Positions 24,443-39,400 of a stretch of 64,000 nt of DNA are shown one piece after another. Source of the DNA: Tubiluchus corallicola (Eukaryota; Animalia; Priapulida); contig JAQGDQ010000945.1 in NCBI GenBank assembly GCA_030141605.1, forward strand, positions 1 to 64,000, written 5' to 3'. The notes beneath the pieces are model-generated. The model was not told the origin of the DNA, searched no databases, and was given only the letters and a program-made list of their open reading frames with translations. The translations under genes and the position numbers were made by a program. The number at the start of each line of letters is the position of its first letter. Position 1 is the first letter of the stretch.

Positions 24443-27400
24443 GTAAGTTATCAATAGTTTTCCAGCACTATTCAGTCATAAACTGCTTGTATGTTATAAT
24501 TAGTTGTTTTTTAACAATTTTTCTTAAATCTAGAATTATACTAATTTGCACTAAATGTAATGCATTCTGTAGTGCTGATGTTTTCTAGTGTTGCTGCCGT
24601 CAATGTTGCATGCAGTGACCTTGTTTTGGAATTGGACATTGTGCAGAAATCTTGTTATATTTTCTCACAGTCTTTGCTTCCACCGCCTCCACCCCACCCT
24701 GCCCCATTATTATGAACAATAAGCTTGCTTGCCTTTCTATTGTATAAACTGTATGAACCGGAAACGTTTGAACCATTTTTGGTCTCTAATGGGTTTAAGT
24801 AAGTAATAAATTATTTACAAAAACGACTGGATACTAGCTCAGTCTAACTCTAACACATATATTTTGTAAATTTTTTATAAATGTCATCATTGTCAGTATT
24901 TGTCCCTGATTTACAGGTAATGCTAAACAAACTTAAACTAATCAGCTCACCTGAGCTAGCCATGATTTTCATCTGTATTACTCTCAGATAAAATAGTTGA
25001 TAATCTGTTCCCCATGTATTCGGTTGAATTTTTTATCGGAGATTAGTGGTTATGTCTTGGATGTGAAATTCGCATGTGTGAAAGCAGTACCACAATTTTT
25101 TTCTATTCTTGTAATTATACACCAATAGTTGTTGCAGTTTCTAAAATTCTCAAACTGCTTAATCACCTGCACTTTGTTTTATGTTAGGACCCGCAATAGA
25201 AGCCAATGAGACATCAGATTCTCACCGAGAACAACTTAGTGAAGAAGAGATTGAAGTATGGGAGCACATCGAGCAATTAGTAGAACATACGATAGGTGAA
25301 GGACTACGTTACAGTCAAACCAGCACGATGTTTAATCATGCAGATTGTAAGTTTTGAAGATTTCTTTGATTAGAAGCGTTTTTGTCTGAAAGTATGGTTA
25401 CTTTTTTAAACGGTTGAAGCCCGACCTGAGCATAAGATAGTGAAGTTGGTGTGTCGACCAAATTGACTTTTTGAAGGGAAATTTCTGTTTTCAATGAGAG
25501 CTTGGAATAGACTCTTCAGAAGCTTATTGTTATAGCACACTGTTAATCAGCACCGCGTTTTCAGAAGGTGAACAAATATAGATTACCGAATTAATTTTTG
25601 CTTTTTCTTAGGTTTTCTTAATTCTTTTGTTTTAGTTTTTAACAAATAACCATTGATCATTGTTTCATAGAGAACAACAAATTTTACAAAATGTCATTCA
25701 ACATGGTTAAGATGCATCCAAGTAAAACCATAATGGCAGCTACAGATTAAATAATTATAATTCTTTTACTTGCTAATTAAAATTGTTCAATTATCAGCCA
25801 CACCTCAAGGTGCACAGAGATTGTTACTAGGGTATAATTATGAACGTCAAACCTGAAACGTTTCAAATACGTAGTTTCAGGTATGAAGAGGCAATTTTGT
25901 TGATTTTAACTTTTTATGTAGACAGTAGTTTACGTGCTGCTTTAAAGTAATTGGTTTTTTGGAGATGGCTTTGGTGATTTTACCCTTTTTGGCATGTCTA
26001 AATGTTGTGTGTGTCCAAAGCATCTTAGTTTGAGATGTGGGTCTGCTGATTTTTCTGTGTTGGCTATATGGAGTGTTCATTAATGTTATTTTTGCTGGTT
26101 TGCTGGGAATTTTTTGTGGAGCATCGAGAAACTCTGAAAGTCTGAGCATAATCTGTTTTTACTTTGAACATGTTAAATGGTCTTTGTTGGCTTGAGTGCA
26201 GCGTGCAAAGCCGACATGTTTGTATTTCATATCTACTCAACCCGAAATGATTTGTCATCAGAATTTGGCATATATCAGAAAAGCACTGTAGTTCCTTCAC
26301 CTAGGCTCATAACTTATGAATCCCATTGTAATTTATACACAGTATACACCAGTAGTGTACCACTAGTGCACTATGAGAAAGTTTGCTGGAATTCACCTGG
26401 CCTGCTTTAACATCACCACTTATATGACATCCAGTATCTAATGTATCCATGGCAAAGTGTGATGCCTATCTGGTTTTAAATAAGCTACACATCAGTTTGC
26501 TTGCTTAGTCCGTTTGGCAGAGACAGCAAACATTTGTAGATTGGATCGCTGTAATGGTTTGCATCTCAGTAATGGATAAACATTTGTAAATTCATTCAGT
26601 ATTTCTTTTATCTAAAAATTTAAATAGTTCCCAGTAACAACAATTTTTATGACTGCTAGAGGCTTTGGTGAGCGCTCAAGCCAAAAATCTGAAATGTGGG
26701 TAAGACTTCTTTTCCTTTTTTGTTTTCTGATATTTTTGGCTGCTTTATTTACTGCAGTAAGGAATGGAATTGCCACATGTTATGCATTTGATAAGAATTC
26801 TTGCTTTCTGAGTTCATGGAGGTGGATTTTTGCCTTTTTTCTTGCACTTTAGTTGTCATTGAAAATTCTCGGTTTTGGCATGGTTTTCTTTCACTTGACA
26901 GCTTCTTCTCAATGCTTAGCTGCTTGATACACTTCATTTGTTTATTATGTCAATTCCATCGTAATTTGATCGATCCAATGCAAGGTTGACTCGTTCCCGG
27001 TTAAAACCTCTTTCAGATCGGTACTTTGTGGAAACTAACCATAGCTGTTTAAAAGAAGTTTTATTACAGCTTTCACAATCTCTACTGTCTTCTATGGCAA
27101 GTAAGTCAAGCTGCACTGCGTTTGCAGATGTATACTTTCCTTTTCTTTTGAATCTTGAGGATATAGAAGTTTTTCAGTAAAAGTGAATGTGCATGCCAAA
27201 ATTGTTTTTCTGAAACTTTTTAAAATAAACTGCATTTAACTAAATAGTGTAAAGAGTTTTGAATTCCTAGAGTTTTACTAAATACTACTAAAGAAAAAAG
27301 CATTAATAGTTGTTGAATCTTTTTTTCTTACAAATTGGATAAACGGCTTGGTTTCATAAGCAAGCCTCAACTGTGAGAAAGAGAAAAAAGTTTCTCATCA

Positions 27401-30400
27401 TTCATTCTTTAAAATATAAACATATTTTTTAAAGTTCAAATTAGCATTTAACTTAGAAGTAGAAAGGTTCTGAAAATTGCAAATTGGCTAAGATTGGAAT
27501 CCAGAGCCTTGTGATATTAGGCCATATGATGTAGTCATTTGAGCTATCAATCTTCGTGGCTAAAGCACACTTTTGGAAACAAATGATTTTTAGAATTTTT
27601 AGTGTGCTAGCTGAGAGTCAAATGTCTCACTAAATTTTTATGGCTGCTACAATGTTGCATGGTGGCGTTGATCATAAAATAGATGCCGTAAAGCAACTAG
27701 AATACTTAATAATTTTTTAAACTTATGTTTCTTAAATTTCATTGGCTTTAAAGTGTTTATGAATTGCTTTAGGAGTGTCAGGATACAGGAGTTGTCACAA
27801 ACCCCTTAATTGTATGCACATTGTACACAATTCTGTTTTTGTAGAAATTTGGTATATAAAAATTCATTTGCATCTAACATAGACATAGACATAGACATGG
27901 ACATAGACATTTTATTTATCTCCTCATTTACACCAGAATACAAATAGATTATTATTGCATTAGTTATTAATTAAACAGGATAAATTATGCTTAAAGGAAA
28001 GAGTTAGAGGGTGCAGGAGAATGGGAGACCAATTGATCATCAAGTCAGCTACCCAACCTAACGTGCTACTTAGTTGCCAAAAGTTGTCAATGATTATGAA
28101 AAATAAGGGTTGTAATAAAAAATCGCTCCTTGAGCAGTCATTTAGGAAACCAACGATTCAGTATGATGCTGTTAAAAACTTTTTTGGTTTCCATAATAAT
28201 GCTCAAAAAAGCATTAATAATTGGAAAATTTAAAATAAGAAGTGAAATGAAAATTGTAATATATATTGCTACTGTATACTTAGTTTAAATGTAGTGGATA
28301 TTACATTCTCTGATAGTACTAAAATCATGCAACACGCCATACAAATATGCAAGTTTGCTTGCAACTAAGGCCTTAAACTGCATTTATACCTAATGAAATT
28401 AATATTAGCTGTTCATTGTGTGTTAACGAAATTGAAAGAAACTGTTTATGTGTGTTTTTTCTTATTAACCTGTTGCTTGTAGCTATTTTCTTTTGAGATG
28501 AAGCTTGAAATTTGTTATAAATGATGGTGCATGAGTAACTTTCAACCATGCATATCATTAAGAAGTTTTTTAACACTTTATTTTGTGTATATCTCTGGAA
28601 TCCCTATTTTTCTACTTTTTCTAGTTTAGCGCTAGTTACTACTGCACAGAATTTCAGAATTGAAATGTGACTTTAAGTTTTTTAAAAATTGGCTACTACC
28701 TAGAAGAACCATCTGCGTCAATTGACAACAACACATATTGCACATTTTAAATTATCACAAAATACTGACATCATAATGGTAAACGCAAATGTAAATCTGT
28801 GAACATATATCAGTGATTGTAAGTCAGCAACCTCTTTTGACGTCTTATTGCAGCTAGAAACTTGGTGATCTGAACTTTCTTGACAGTCAACTCTCAGGTG
28901 CCAGATGGCTTGACTCAGTGCAGGTCGCAAAACTGCGAAATCTGCCATTAGATGAATCATTATACTTGTTCTGTATAAACTGCTTCAATTTTATATGGAT
29001 TCAGTTAACTTTTTCAGGTATCATTGAATTTCAGCAATATCTGGCTGATAACTACCAGTTTTACTTTTGTATAGGAATGAAAACTGTGACTGCGTCAGTT
29101 GACGCATTCTGGTCTTTCTGAGAAGTAAACTTTTTCTGTCTTTCTAGTGTTAAGACTACTGTGTACCTAGGGACAATTGTGTACCTAAAATGAACTTGTG
29201 GATATTGTTTTAAAACCACGTTTGGAATTTTCTAGATGATGGTGTCGATGGAGTAGCTACACCTATGGAGAGGCATGCTATGGTGAAAGAGTTACTTCAA
29301 CAAATGATGAAGGATGTTGACAGATTACCTTTGATGAAGGTAACCCACATTCACGTTTCATGTAGCAGATGAGAGAATGGACTTTTGCACATTGTAGTAG
29401 GACTTTACTTATCCAAACTAACAACTACCCGAGCGTATTTGGATAATTGATTTTTGGCATAAATAATCACAATTAGAAAGCAGAAGCAGTGTAGTTTATG
29501 GAAACTGCTTGTTTCTGCATTGCATGCAAGATGTAACATATCATATTGGTCTCTTTCCAGAGATTGGGTATAAAGGTCATGGTACCTGATTTGCAAATTA
29601 TGTATCTTTTCATCATGTAGACCAAAATTCATAGGGTCATTGGATATTGATATTTATTTTAGTTTTTATTATGTGACTGGACAGTTAATGTTGTCACTTA
29701 CTTTTTTATTTTTAGCTAGTGGCTTTTATTTTAAGATCCTAATGAAAATTTGACAGAAATTTATTTCATTTAATCTCGTTTGGTCACCTCACATTTTTTG
29801 AGTGCAGTATTCATTGCTTAGAGAATAAGAAATAACACATACTGTTTGCATGCATTCTTTAAGGATGGAGAAATAATTGACGAAGATAAAGAAGAACTTG
29901 CTCAAACATATGAAGATGTTCTTGCTTCTGCTATTATTAATAAGGTAGATATTTGGTGTGTCATTTTTCTGCCTTGTTTAGAATGTTTTTAAAGCATGCC
30001 CACAAGGGTAAGTGAAAGAAATAGCAGTGTTAAATGCCGTTTTTTTGGTTTTTTTGGCAATTTCAGAACGAATGTTTCGGCTTTCTTGTCACATCTTTTC
30101 ATCTTTTTGGGTCTGATAAACAAGTAATTTAACAAAATTGGCTATATTTATTGTTACTTTTGGAAATTTTAAAGTAATATGACTAGGATAAGCGGTTGAA
30201 AAATTTCAACGGTCAGAATAGTGGCATTGCCATGCCCAAGCTTGTGAAAATTTTTTGACATTTTTGTTAACTTTTTTTAATGTTTACGTTGGCTCATGCC
30301 TTGATATGTTATGTATTCAAATTCGTTTTTGTTGTAAAGCCAGTAAGCAATGCTGTCCTAATACCAAATTTAAAAAAGTGGCTGTAGTGTTAATTTTAGA

Positions 30401-33400
30401 CATTTAGAGAAATGCAAAAACTCATAATAAGTTGTTAACTGGTGCATTATTTACTTTTAGATTGTTTATGATCATCAGTGTCGTGTAGCTAATTCAATGC
30501 ATCAAAATATAGAAGACGAGCAGCGACTGAACAAATGTTTAGAAATTTGTTGGCCACTTGGCGAAGTATGTGCTTAGCTGTTTTATATCATCTTCTCTTT
30601 ATAGATTAATAATGTGTGCAATTGGGAAAAAGGTATTGGAACATCTATTGTATAGTCATAATACTTTATCAAAACTCTAATTTATATAGTAGAGTTTATT
30701 CGAGAATGTGGTTTAGCTTGACAGTAAAAATACTATCATTTTCTCAGATATTTCTGTAACTTTCAATTTTCTTACATGATTAAATGATGTTTTGTGTTTT
30801 ACATGTGCTGTATGCTTGTTGAAGCACTTATTGTCACATATTGCAGCACCAATAGCAATTTTTTAAACCCAGTACTAAGGTGAATAAATTGTTGTGGCAA
30901 GACGGTAACCTAATTAATTATGAAGGATACTCATTTAGGACGAGATCTTGAATTCAACGACCACCCATCTGTTGGCTGACTAGACTTGGTATTGCTTAAC
31001 TTCGGTCACTAAGGAACACTGAACTTGATCAGTGAATCAGATTTAGTAGTCTTTTTGGCCAATTTTATTTGCCCTATGTGTAAAAATCATTAAGCCAATT
31101 TCACACATTTGTTCCATGATCTAGCAATTGGCAGAGGTGAAATAGTAGTGTATTTTCATTACATCGTTTTTGACTGTCAGTTAGGATTTGCAATTTTCTC
31201 ATGATATTGTTACTGCAAAATGCCAAAAAATGGTGTACTTAAATTACTTAAATTGTCTAATGTGGACTTTTGGTGACAAATGTTTTGTTACTGGTGGTAT
31301 ATTTTAGGCTGATGTCTCTGGTATGAGTAATGAAGATGGGATGGTTAGCTCACCCGTAGATGGTGGTATGGTTCTTGCACTTGATAGTGACGAGGAAGTA
31401 GATGCTCACTGGGAGGGACTCGATCATCTACAGTATCACACGGTAAATTTGCTGTTCTTCGTGTTATCACATCTTTAAGTTGGTTATTATATATGCAAAT
31501 CAATGATTTTCCAAAACCCTGAATAAATGATAGGCAACAGTGGCCTTCTTTTTGGGGCTGCAAACAACTGTTTACTCAATTTTTTAACTTTTTTGCACTT
31601 CAGCTGTGTTCTGGAGTACTAATAATGATTTATTTTATGATTAGCCATTATTTGCTACATTATGATTAAACAACAATACAGAATTTTGTTTTGCTGTGTC
31701 AGGTGGCTTACAGTGATAAGAAACTATAACAAGTAGAGAAATGGAAAAGTCTTTCTATAGAAAAATTACCTTGTTTTCTAAATGAATCTTGTGTCCATGC
31801 AGAGAATACCGTTGGCAACTTTTGCAGAATCTTCATTTTCTTAATTAATGTAGCTCGTTACTGTGAGTGGCTAATGGTCTTGTTCGGGGTGATATATATA
31901 TATATATATATATATACATACATATATATATAAACAGAACGGTCCTTTGAACATAGTCTCAGCTGTAAGTTTATAATGCCTCATATCTGCATTTTAAGAA
32001 GACCAATATGCTGGCACATTGTTTCAATTTGTTTGTGCGAATTCTATTATTTATATTCTTCTACTTGATTTATGCTCTGTTATAAAACAGGTCAGGCATT
32101 TTCATACCCTCCTATACCCTTTGCACTAGGTGGCATAGTCTGGGCGGTCGTGAGTTCAATACTGTGGCTGGGTTATATCAAATACTTTAAACTTTATACA
32201 CTAAGTCACTGCCTGGTGCGTGGTATTTAAGGTAAAAGCAGAGTAATTATAGTCTCTGTTATGTAAGTGTAGATTTGTTATTTAGAGTCGGCAAAAAAGT
32301 TCTTTGAGCTTATGTTGATTGTTAATCCAAAAGCCGATTTTGAATAAAGGTTATTATTATTATTATGATGATGATGATGATTATTCTAATTATTATTATT
32401 GTTATTATTACTATTATTATTATTAATGCAATTTAATTACAGGTGAAATTACCTGAGATACTGTGTAGTGATACTGAAGATACAGTTGGTGATAATTGGT
32501 ATTTTAAAAATGAAGACATTCTGCAAGCTTATAATCGACTTTCGGAGAGCAAGATTGCTGTTTCTCTTGATGAGTCAGTTTTTATGACCACTCCGTACGA
32601 GAGAGATGCCATCAAGCCAAAAATAGGTGAAAGGTACGACATGACATATACATAGATCTGTGCAGCTATGTGTTTACCTGCTTGAATTGGGTTTAGTGCT
32701 TGCTTTCACCTTTATGAAGTTAATATCAATGTGGAAAAATGGCAAAAATCAAAATTGTTGACTTTGATCAGAAGAAACTTACTTAATAGATTGGCTTAAT
32801 AAATTCCTTTGCTGTCTGCCTTTTGCTGGGGAAACTTACAAATTTAGAAACAGCCAAGTAAGCCATATTGGGTAGCACAGTATTCTAATTATTTAGCTAG
32901 TAAGCTAAATATAACTGACTTTATTTGCCTGGGACTTTTGATGATGTGCAGTTTTGTTGCAGAGATGTAGATGAGCTCTCTGAATTGTCTGAAGAAAGCC
33001 TCACCATTTTTGATATGGATCACAAAGTTGATGTTAAGTCTGCACGGGAATTTCGTGAGAACAACCTTGTCAACTATGGACGCTACAGGCAGGAAGTGGC
33101 AATGAGAAAAGATCTACAGCTGGAACTCGACCCGGCATACAGGTAATAAAGATTGTGATGTTGAAATGCATTTACAATAGAGGCTAATGTGTTATTATAC
33201 TTTGAGTAATAATTAAGGTGTTCAAGCTTTTTAAAAAAGCTTTTTACTAACAACAAAAAGGAGAATTACAAAGTTTTAAAAGAGACATGTGTAATATTAA
33301 CTTGGGGTTTTATTCATATTTCTGAGTTGCCCACATTGCCAAATCGTAGTTTGATACTTTTCACAGTGATTTTGAAAATAACTTCCAGTCATTTGATTAA

Positions 33401-36400
33401 AATTGCATGGATTACAAACAATTGAAATTCTGGTTAAATTAAATTTATTGATATTTTACACAATTTGATTTGGTGAATGGAGATTTGCCATCGGGTAATC
33501 GTCTAATTGGTCTCTTATGAGTCACCTGGTTTTTGGATTTTTAAAGTCATATAATCAACCGTATTGGAATATAGATTGTTGGTATCTGTTTAATTTGTAA
33601 TCTTATCTGTACAGTTTTTAGTTTTTGTGTATTAATTTTTTTAACTATGTTTTTGTGTTTTTACTTATGCATTTTTACTCTTTTATAAGATTGCCTAATA
33701 AATGAAATGAAATAACCAGTGGCGGCTCGTGTATAGGCACTGTGGAATTGCAGCACCCCCTATTTATACTTGTACATACTTGTAAATCCTTGTATGGAGC
33801 CAGAGCACGGAAGGAAATTTACTTTATATGTTTGTTTCGTTTTACACGGCACTAAAACAATGGTAAAAATTTTCTGAAGCAGCACCCCGACTGATCTTAG
33901 CTACGAACCTCCACTGGAAATAACTACATCATGTAAATATTACAAGCACACTTAGACCCAAAGTCTTTAAGATATTGATCTGTGTTCCGATTTTGGCATT
34001 TTTCGTTGTCGTTATACTTCCTGCGTCAAAACAAATTTCTGCGGTGATTATTGAATTTCTCCCATTAGACATTTGTTGACTTTTATAATGTGCACAAATC
34101 AATGGAAGCATGTTTGTATGTGTAATGCTGATTTTCATTAAAATTTCTCTCATACTCATTTATGTTTAGTGTCCTAAGTTTAGCAGAGCTGTGATCTAAT
34201 TTAAAGTTTTTTTGTTTCTGTTTTAATAAATTTTCTGGCTTTTTAGTGGTTATGATGATTATTTCATGGATGTTGCGTATCGTAAAGCAGAATTTGATGC
34301 TTTGCGAGCCGAACTCAGCGAAAGGGACAAGTTAACGTCGTTGGATACATCTTTAGATACACATCTCTCGGATGCTGATCGTCTAGAATCAAGTACCATG
34401 AGATCGGATGATTCTAAGAGGTTGTCGATCAGTTCTTCTGTGTTCGATGAAAGCTTGTTGGAGGATGCTAGCTTCACAAGAAAGGTAATGCATCTGCATA
34501 CTTATAATAGCCATCGCCACATACGCTATTTTTAATTTGAAATAATTTTGAACTGAATTCAAAATTGATGTTTGTGATAAGACAAATTTGTATTATTAAC
34601 CAAATAGTAGCATTAAGAGCAAAATTGTCCCAAAAATTTATTTATTTAAACAGTGAAAATGCTTAGTACATTGTACAGTCCTTTGGCACCCAAAGAAATA
34701 AGCAAAGCATCTTCTAGAAAAATGATGATTGTTAAGTGTAAATTTCAACTTTATGACATTTAAATAAATTCTGATGACTCTGAAGGAATATTTTTACTAA
34801 ATAATAAATATACTTGTTTTATTGCAGTCAGTTATTTGATAATAAGTTTGTAATTAATTACTATTTAAGTAAACCAGATATAGAGTTTAGCTGTATGGTT
34901 TAAATTTTTGATGCTAGTTGAATGAAATGAGCTTTCTTAAAGTTACAATAAAGGCTAGCTTCCTTCCTAAGTTAGTGACAAAAGCACTCATTTTATGAAC
35001 TTTATGATTTTTTCACTAATCTGTCATAATTATAATTGACTGTTATATGTATTTTGTTGTATTTTTCAGCCGCATACTGATCCCTCATTCAGGTTGAAGC
35101 CTAAAGATTGCATCATCAAAGCTGGTGATCCAGTCAGATTCAGGTCGAGACCCAAAGGAACTAAACCCATTGGTTTGTCTTTATTGCAGTTTTTAGAAGT
35201 AATTTAGGAAATTTCTAGCCCAGCTCTTTTCAGTGATATTGCTTCAGATATACTGTTAAATAAAACTAAAGTAAAACAATAGCAAGTTTCTTGGAGGACT
35301 TCAGAATAAAACAAATTACTTGACTATTTTTGAGCTTGATTTGTCTACTCTGTACTCGTCCACTCCTTAGTTGTCATGTTTTAGTCTTTTGCTACATAAT
35401 TATGGTGAATATGATGATTTTAGAGTGCCTGTTGTTGTTTTCACGCAGATGTATTTTGGTACAAAGATACGACTGAGCTGATGGGGGAACGCTATCATGC
35501 ATACTATGATGAAGGCGTACATTATCTTGAAATCTACGACACAAGCATCGATGATGCGGGTGAATATTTATGCGTAGCTGTCAACGAAGTTGGAGAGTGC
35601 AGCACTTATTTTGCTCTCAGTGTAAAAGGTAATGTCTTAGTTAAGCACTATGTATAGCACTTGGTGGAATAAGTGTTTAAAAGCGAATTTTGCATATCTT
35701 TATCTGCATGTATGTGCATATATTTGTGCACATTTTGTCAAGAATAAACTGGTTATAAACATAAAATTGCTCGATGCTAGGGATTTTATGAGTATGCAAA
35801 ATACTTGCAAGTCAGTGTTTGCTAAGTATGAATATTAAACACAAGGCTAAAAATGCAAGAATTTCACACAACTTCTTACATTTACTTCATGCTCATATGC
35901 TTTGCTGTTCAACACTTTGGCAAGCAGGTGTGGAAAAGTTTGGACAATTAAGAAATACTTGACCAAATAGATACTTTACGTTTCTCACATGAATGTTAGC
36001 ATAAACACTGACGTAGATATCTTTATTGGTATTATGTACTACATGTGGCTTACATGACATTTTTCTTTTATGTTTTGCACAAATTGCTAGTTACGCTGGT
36101 GTTTGTTATGTTTTGTAAACACACTGTTTACATTTGTTATTAATTTTTAGTGGTATGACCTATCTAGTGCTAAATGGTCCAGAAACGTTTTTTTTGTTTT
36201 AAGAAACCACCAGATTAAATTAAGAAACAGAATTGGTAATTTTCAAAGTTTTTTTTTTCAGAATCAGGCGAACAAGATCGACCGCCCATTTTCAAAGTTA
36301 AAATACGCAATCAAAAGGTTACTGAAGGTGGACCAGCAGAGTTCATGTGTATTGTTGATGGTTTTCCGATTCCTTCTCTGACGTTTTTCCGAAATGGACG

Positions 36401-39400
36401 CAGGATTGCAAACAGTGATCGTTACAGCATAGGTAAAAACAAACTTCTAGCAAAACAACATGTACAGTGTTGGTTATTGTGTATAATTTATCACAGAACA
36501 TAGAATAACGTAAGAATTTTGATGATACTATATGATCTGCCTTAAGCTAGGTTGCTCTGCTGTTATGGGACATCTTGAATAAAATTGAAGAGTTTTATTT
36601 AATCAGCAAGTGGTAGGCTTTTGTGAGGTTATTAAATTTTGGGAACCAGCATTAAAGTTAAATGAAACATAATTATAAATTGATGACAGATCCATTGTAA
36701 TTATGTTTCATTTAACTTTAGCGCTGGTTGGAGAAGCAGAAATGAACTATTTGGAACATTCTCAAAAAATTAATGGTCACATGCAAAATGGTGTTTGTTA
36801 TACTTCTTTTGTCACTAATTCAGAAATTGATTCTGTCTGTGTTGTATTTATATTGTATTTTTTTACTATTTCTTGTTTACTATGATAAATTCCACATATG
36901 TCCATTCGTGTAAATTGTTTCTCCAATTTTTTTATTTTATGTGCTCGAAACAATGTTAAACAAACAATAAAATAAACCAAAGACTAAGATCATTCAGTGG
37001 ATGACTACATATAAAAAAAGCGACAATTCGGGTAATATTCAAAGTCATGGTCTCTTTTCAGTGCGCAATTTAAGATTCAGTAATGGTGTTATTTGTCCTT
37101 TAAATGCACTTCTTCCATTGTTTAGAGAGCCTTGGTGGAGGAGAATGGACTTTGGTCATTCATCCTACAACGATTATTGACCATGTAGAATTCAAAGCTG
37201 TGGTCAAGAACAAGCTCGGTACAGCAGAGTGTAGTGCCACTTTGACGGTTGTTTCTAAAGGTAAATGTTGTAATACATAAAAGCATTGAGTTTAGTAAAC
37301 TGAACTCTTAGCAAACTAACTGATTGTTTTGGTGCAGTATTGTCAGCAGTCTTCCTGTTAGATGATTTTGTATTGGTTGCTCTTTTAGTTACTAAACAAG
37401 ACGGTATACCAATTCACCTGATGTACCCCTAATTTTAAACTTATTAATAGAGTATTAGTATGCCGAGTATTTCTCTAAAATGTGTATCCAAACCACGTTG
37501 TCAAAATTATCTTATTGATTAATTTGTTAACATCTAATAGCAAATTAGGCAGAACTTTAAGTGTTTTTGGTTTCACACTAAAAACCATGTTCTTTAAATT
37601 ATTGCATGATAAATTAGGTAAGATAGTCGACAAAGTAACTTTATTCTTAATAAGAAGGTACCTTATGGAAACAAAAAATTAATGAATTTCATGATTCCCT
37701 TCATAATGAATGGAGATTATGAATTTATTATAAAGATTTATCACACTAGTCTTTTGCTAAATGCAGTTGTTGTGCACTGTACATACATAATCTTCCATTT
37801 CTTGTTAAAGAAATTAAAAGTAAACTTTTGGATGACAAATAATGATGGTGGTTATTATGATTATAATGTTTACATATGTTGTCTATAGGTAGAAGAAGTG
37901 CATCTTTAATGGATCTGTCATCTAAGTTATATGACATGGAAAACAAAATGTTACGCAGCACGGAATCATTATTGTCTCTGTCTTCTGACAAGGTGAGACT
38001 TTGTAACTTTTGAAAGTTTTAACCTTTTAAGTATCAGCCGCGAAACTAAGGTTGCTTAATCGATGATGTTCTGCCTATTTCTGTTATGGTTATAGTTGTA
38101 GTTAATTAAACTGTTAATGATAATTATTTAGTATACAGAGTTACTCAGCTCCTCATTTGACAAAAATAATTTGCTTTGCTGTCAGGTAGTTGTAGGCATG
38201 ACCTATAACTATTGACCTATTGAAAATTTGTTGCTGTGATGCATTTATGATATCGGGATATTGCTAAGAGTCATACTGTACCTTGCATGTAGGAAAACCA
38301 CTATTAATGTGATGATAGTGATTCTTGTTTAATAATGTAGTCGTTCATAAGTCAGTATACTGCTTTTTGTCAGTACTAAAGTTTTGTGTTGGGGTTATCA
38401 AAAGAGCAACAGAATGCTATTTAACATGACTGGCATTACTTTTACCCATAGACCTCAGAAAAGTTCTAGTCGCTAGCCGTTTTGAGTTTTTGGTAGTTAG
38501 CTTTTTGACATTTCAAATAATACTTGTGACAGTCATTATTGTACTTCAAAAAAGTGAGCTGTCTCTACCATGTTCGGAAGTAACACTTCATTTGCAAGTT
38601 GACTAGCTATCCTTGTTTGGTGTATTGCACTGTATAGGGTTTGGTGCCTGTCTACCGACTGGATGGATTACAAAATCGTATTGTCAACGTAGTAGAGTCT
38701 GTCATGCAGCTTTGGCTTATCGAAAGGCTATTGCTACATTAAACTTCGCATATTGTTACTTTATTTTGTGGAAAATGTTAATAAGCCCTTTCTTCATTGG
38801 TTCCTAAACTCTGACAGTTTGCTCAAAGTACTCGGTTTGTTGCCACTTTTCAATATTTTATCCCAGACATTTCTAGATCTTCTTCAACATCTTGTAAAGG
38901 CAACCCTAGGCTGCTTTTCTGAAAAATCTTATCGAAAATTTCTCAGTTTGATACCATTTTGCATCAAGCAGAATGCTAATAAATACATCCTGTCATTTAT
39001 AAATTTGGAAGAATTCTATTCCTCTGAGTCCTGTATTTGTTCCTCATTTTCTAACTGTGGAATATGGATCTTTATCTTGAAGGCTACTGGGCTTGTTTAA
39101 GGCAATCTGCATAAAAAAATTAAAAAAATATTTCACAATTTTAGAGCCTTTTCAGCTATTTGTATCTCTAGAGCCTATATTTATTTTAGAACAAAATAGT
39201 CTGCCCAAAATAAATTAAAAATTTAAAAGTTTATTCTAGAATTTTCTTCATAGCCATTACTTTTTTGTTTGATTCCAGGGTGATTCACCAAGAGCACCAC
39301 CTAGGCGTAAGAAGAAACCCATTTCTGTGACTGACATACCAGTTTGCAAAGAGCTGCAAAGCTACTATGACGAGGTTTGATTTGTTAAATTTTACTGAAC

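Noticed and set aside
25870-26940. Cluster of short ORFs in a MyRIP-like intron, possibly an old LINE endonuclease relic
   Set aside because: Only vague motif resemblance (VVTGN) with many stops; not assignable by eye.
27486-27548. tRNA-like A/B boxes on the minus strand
   Set aside because: No complete cloverleaf; at best a decayed SINE head.
38600-39080. Possible hAT transposase remnant on the minus strand (KIFQKSSL)
   Set aside because: A single weak motif with no TIR or TSD.
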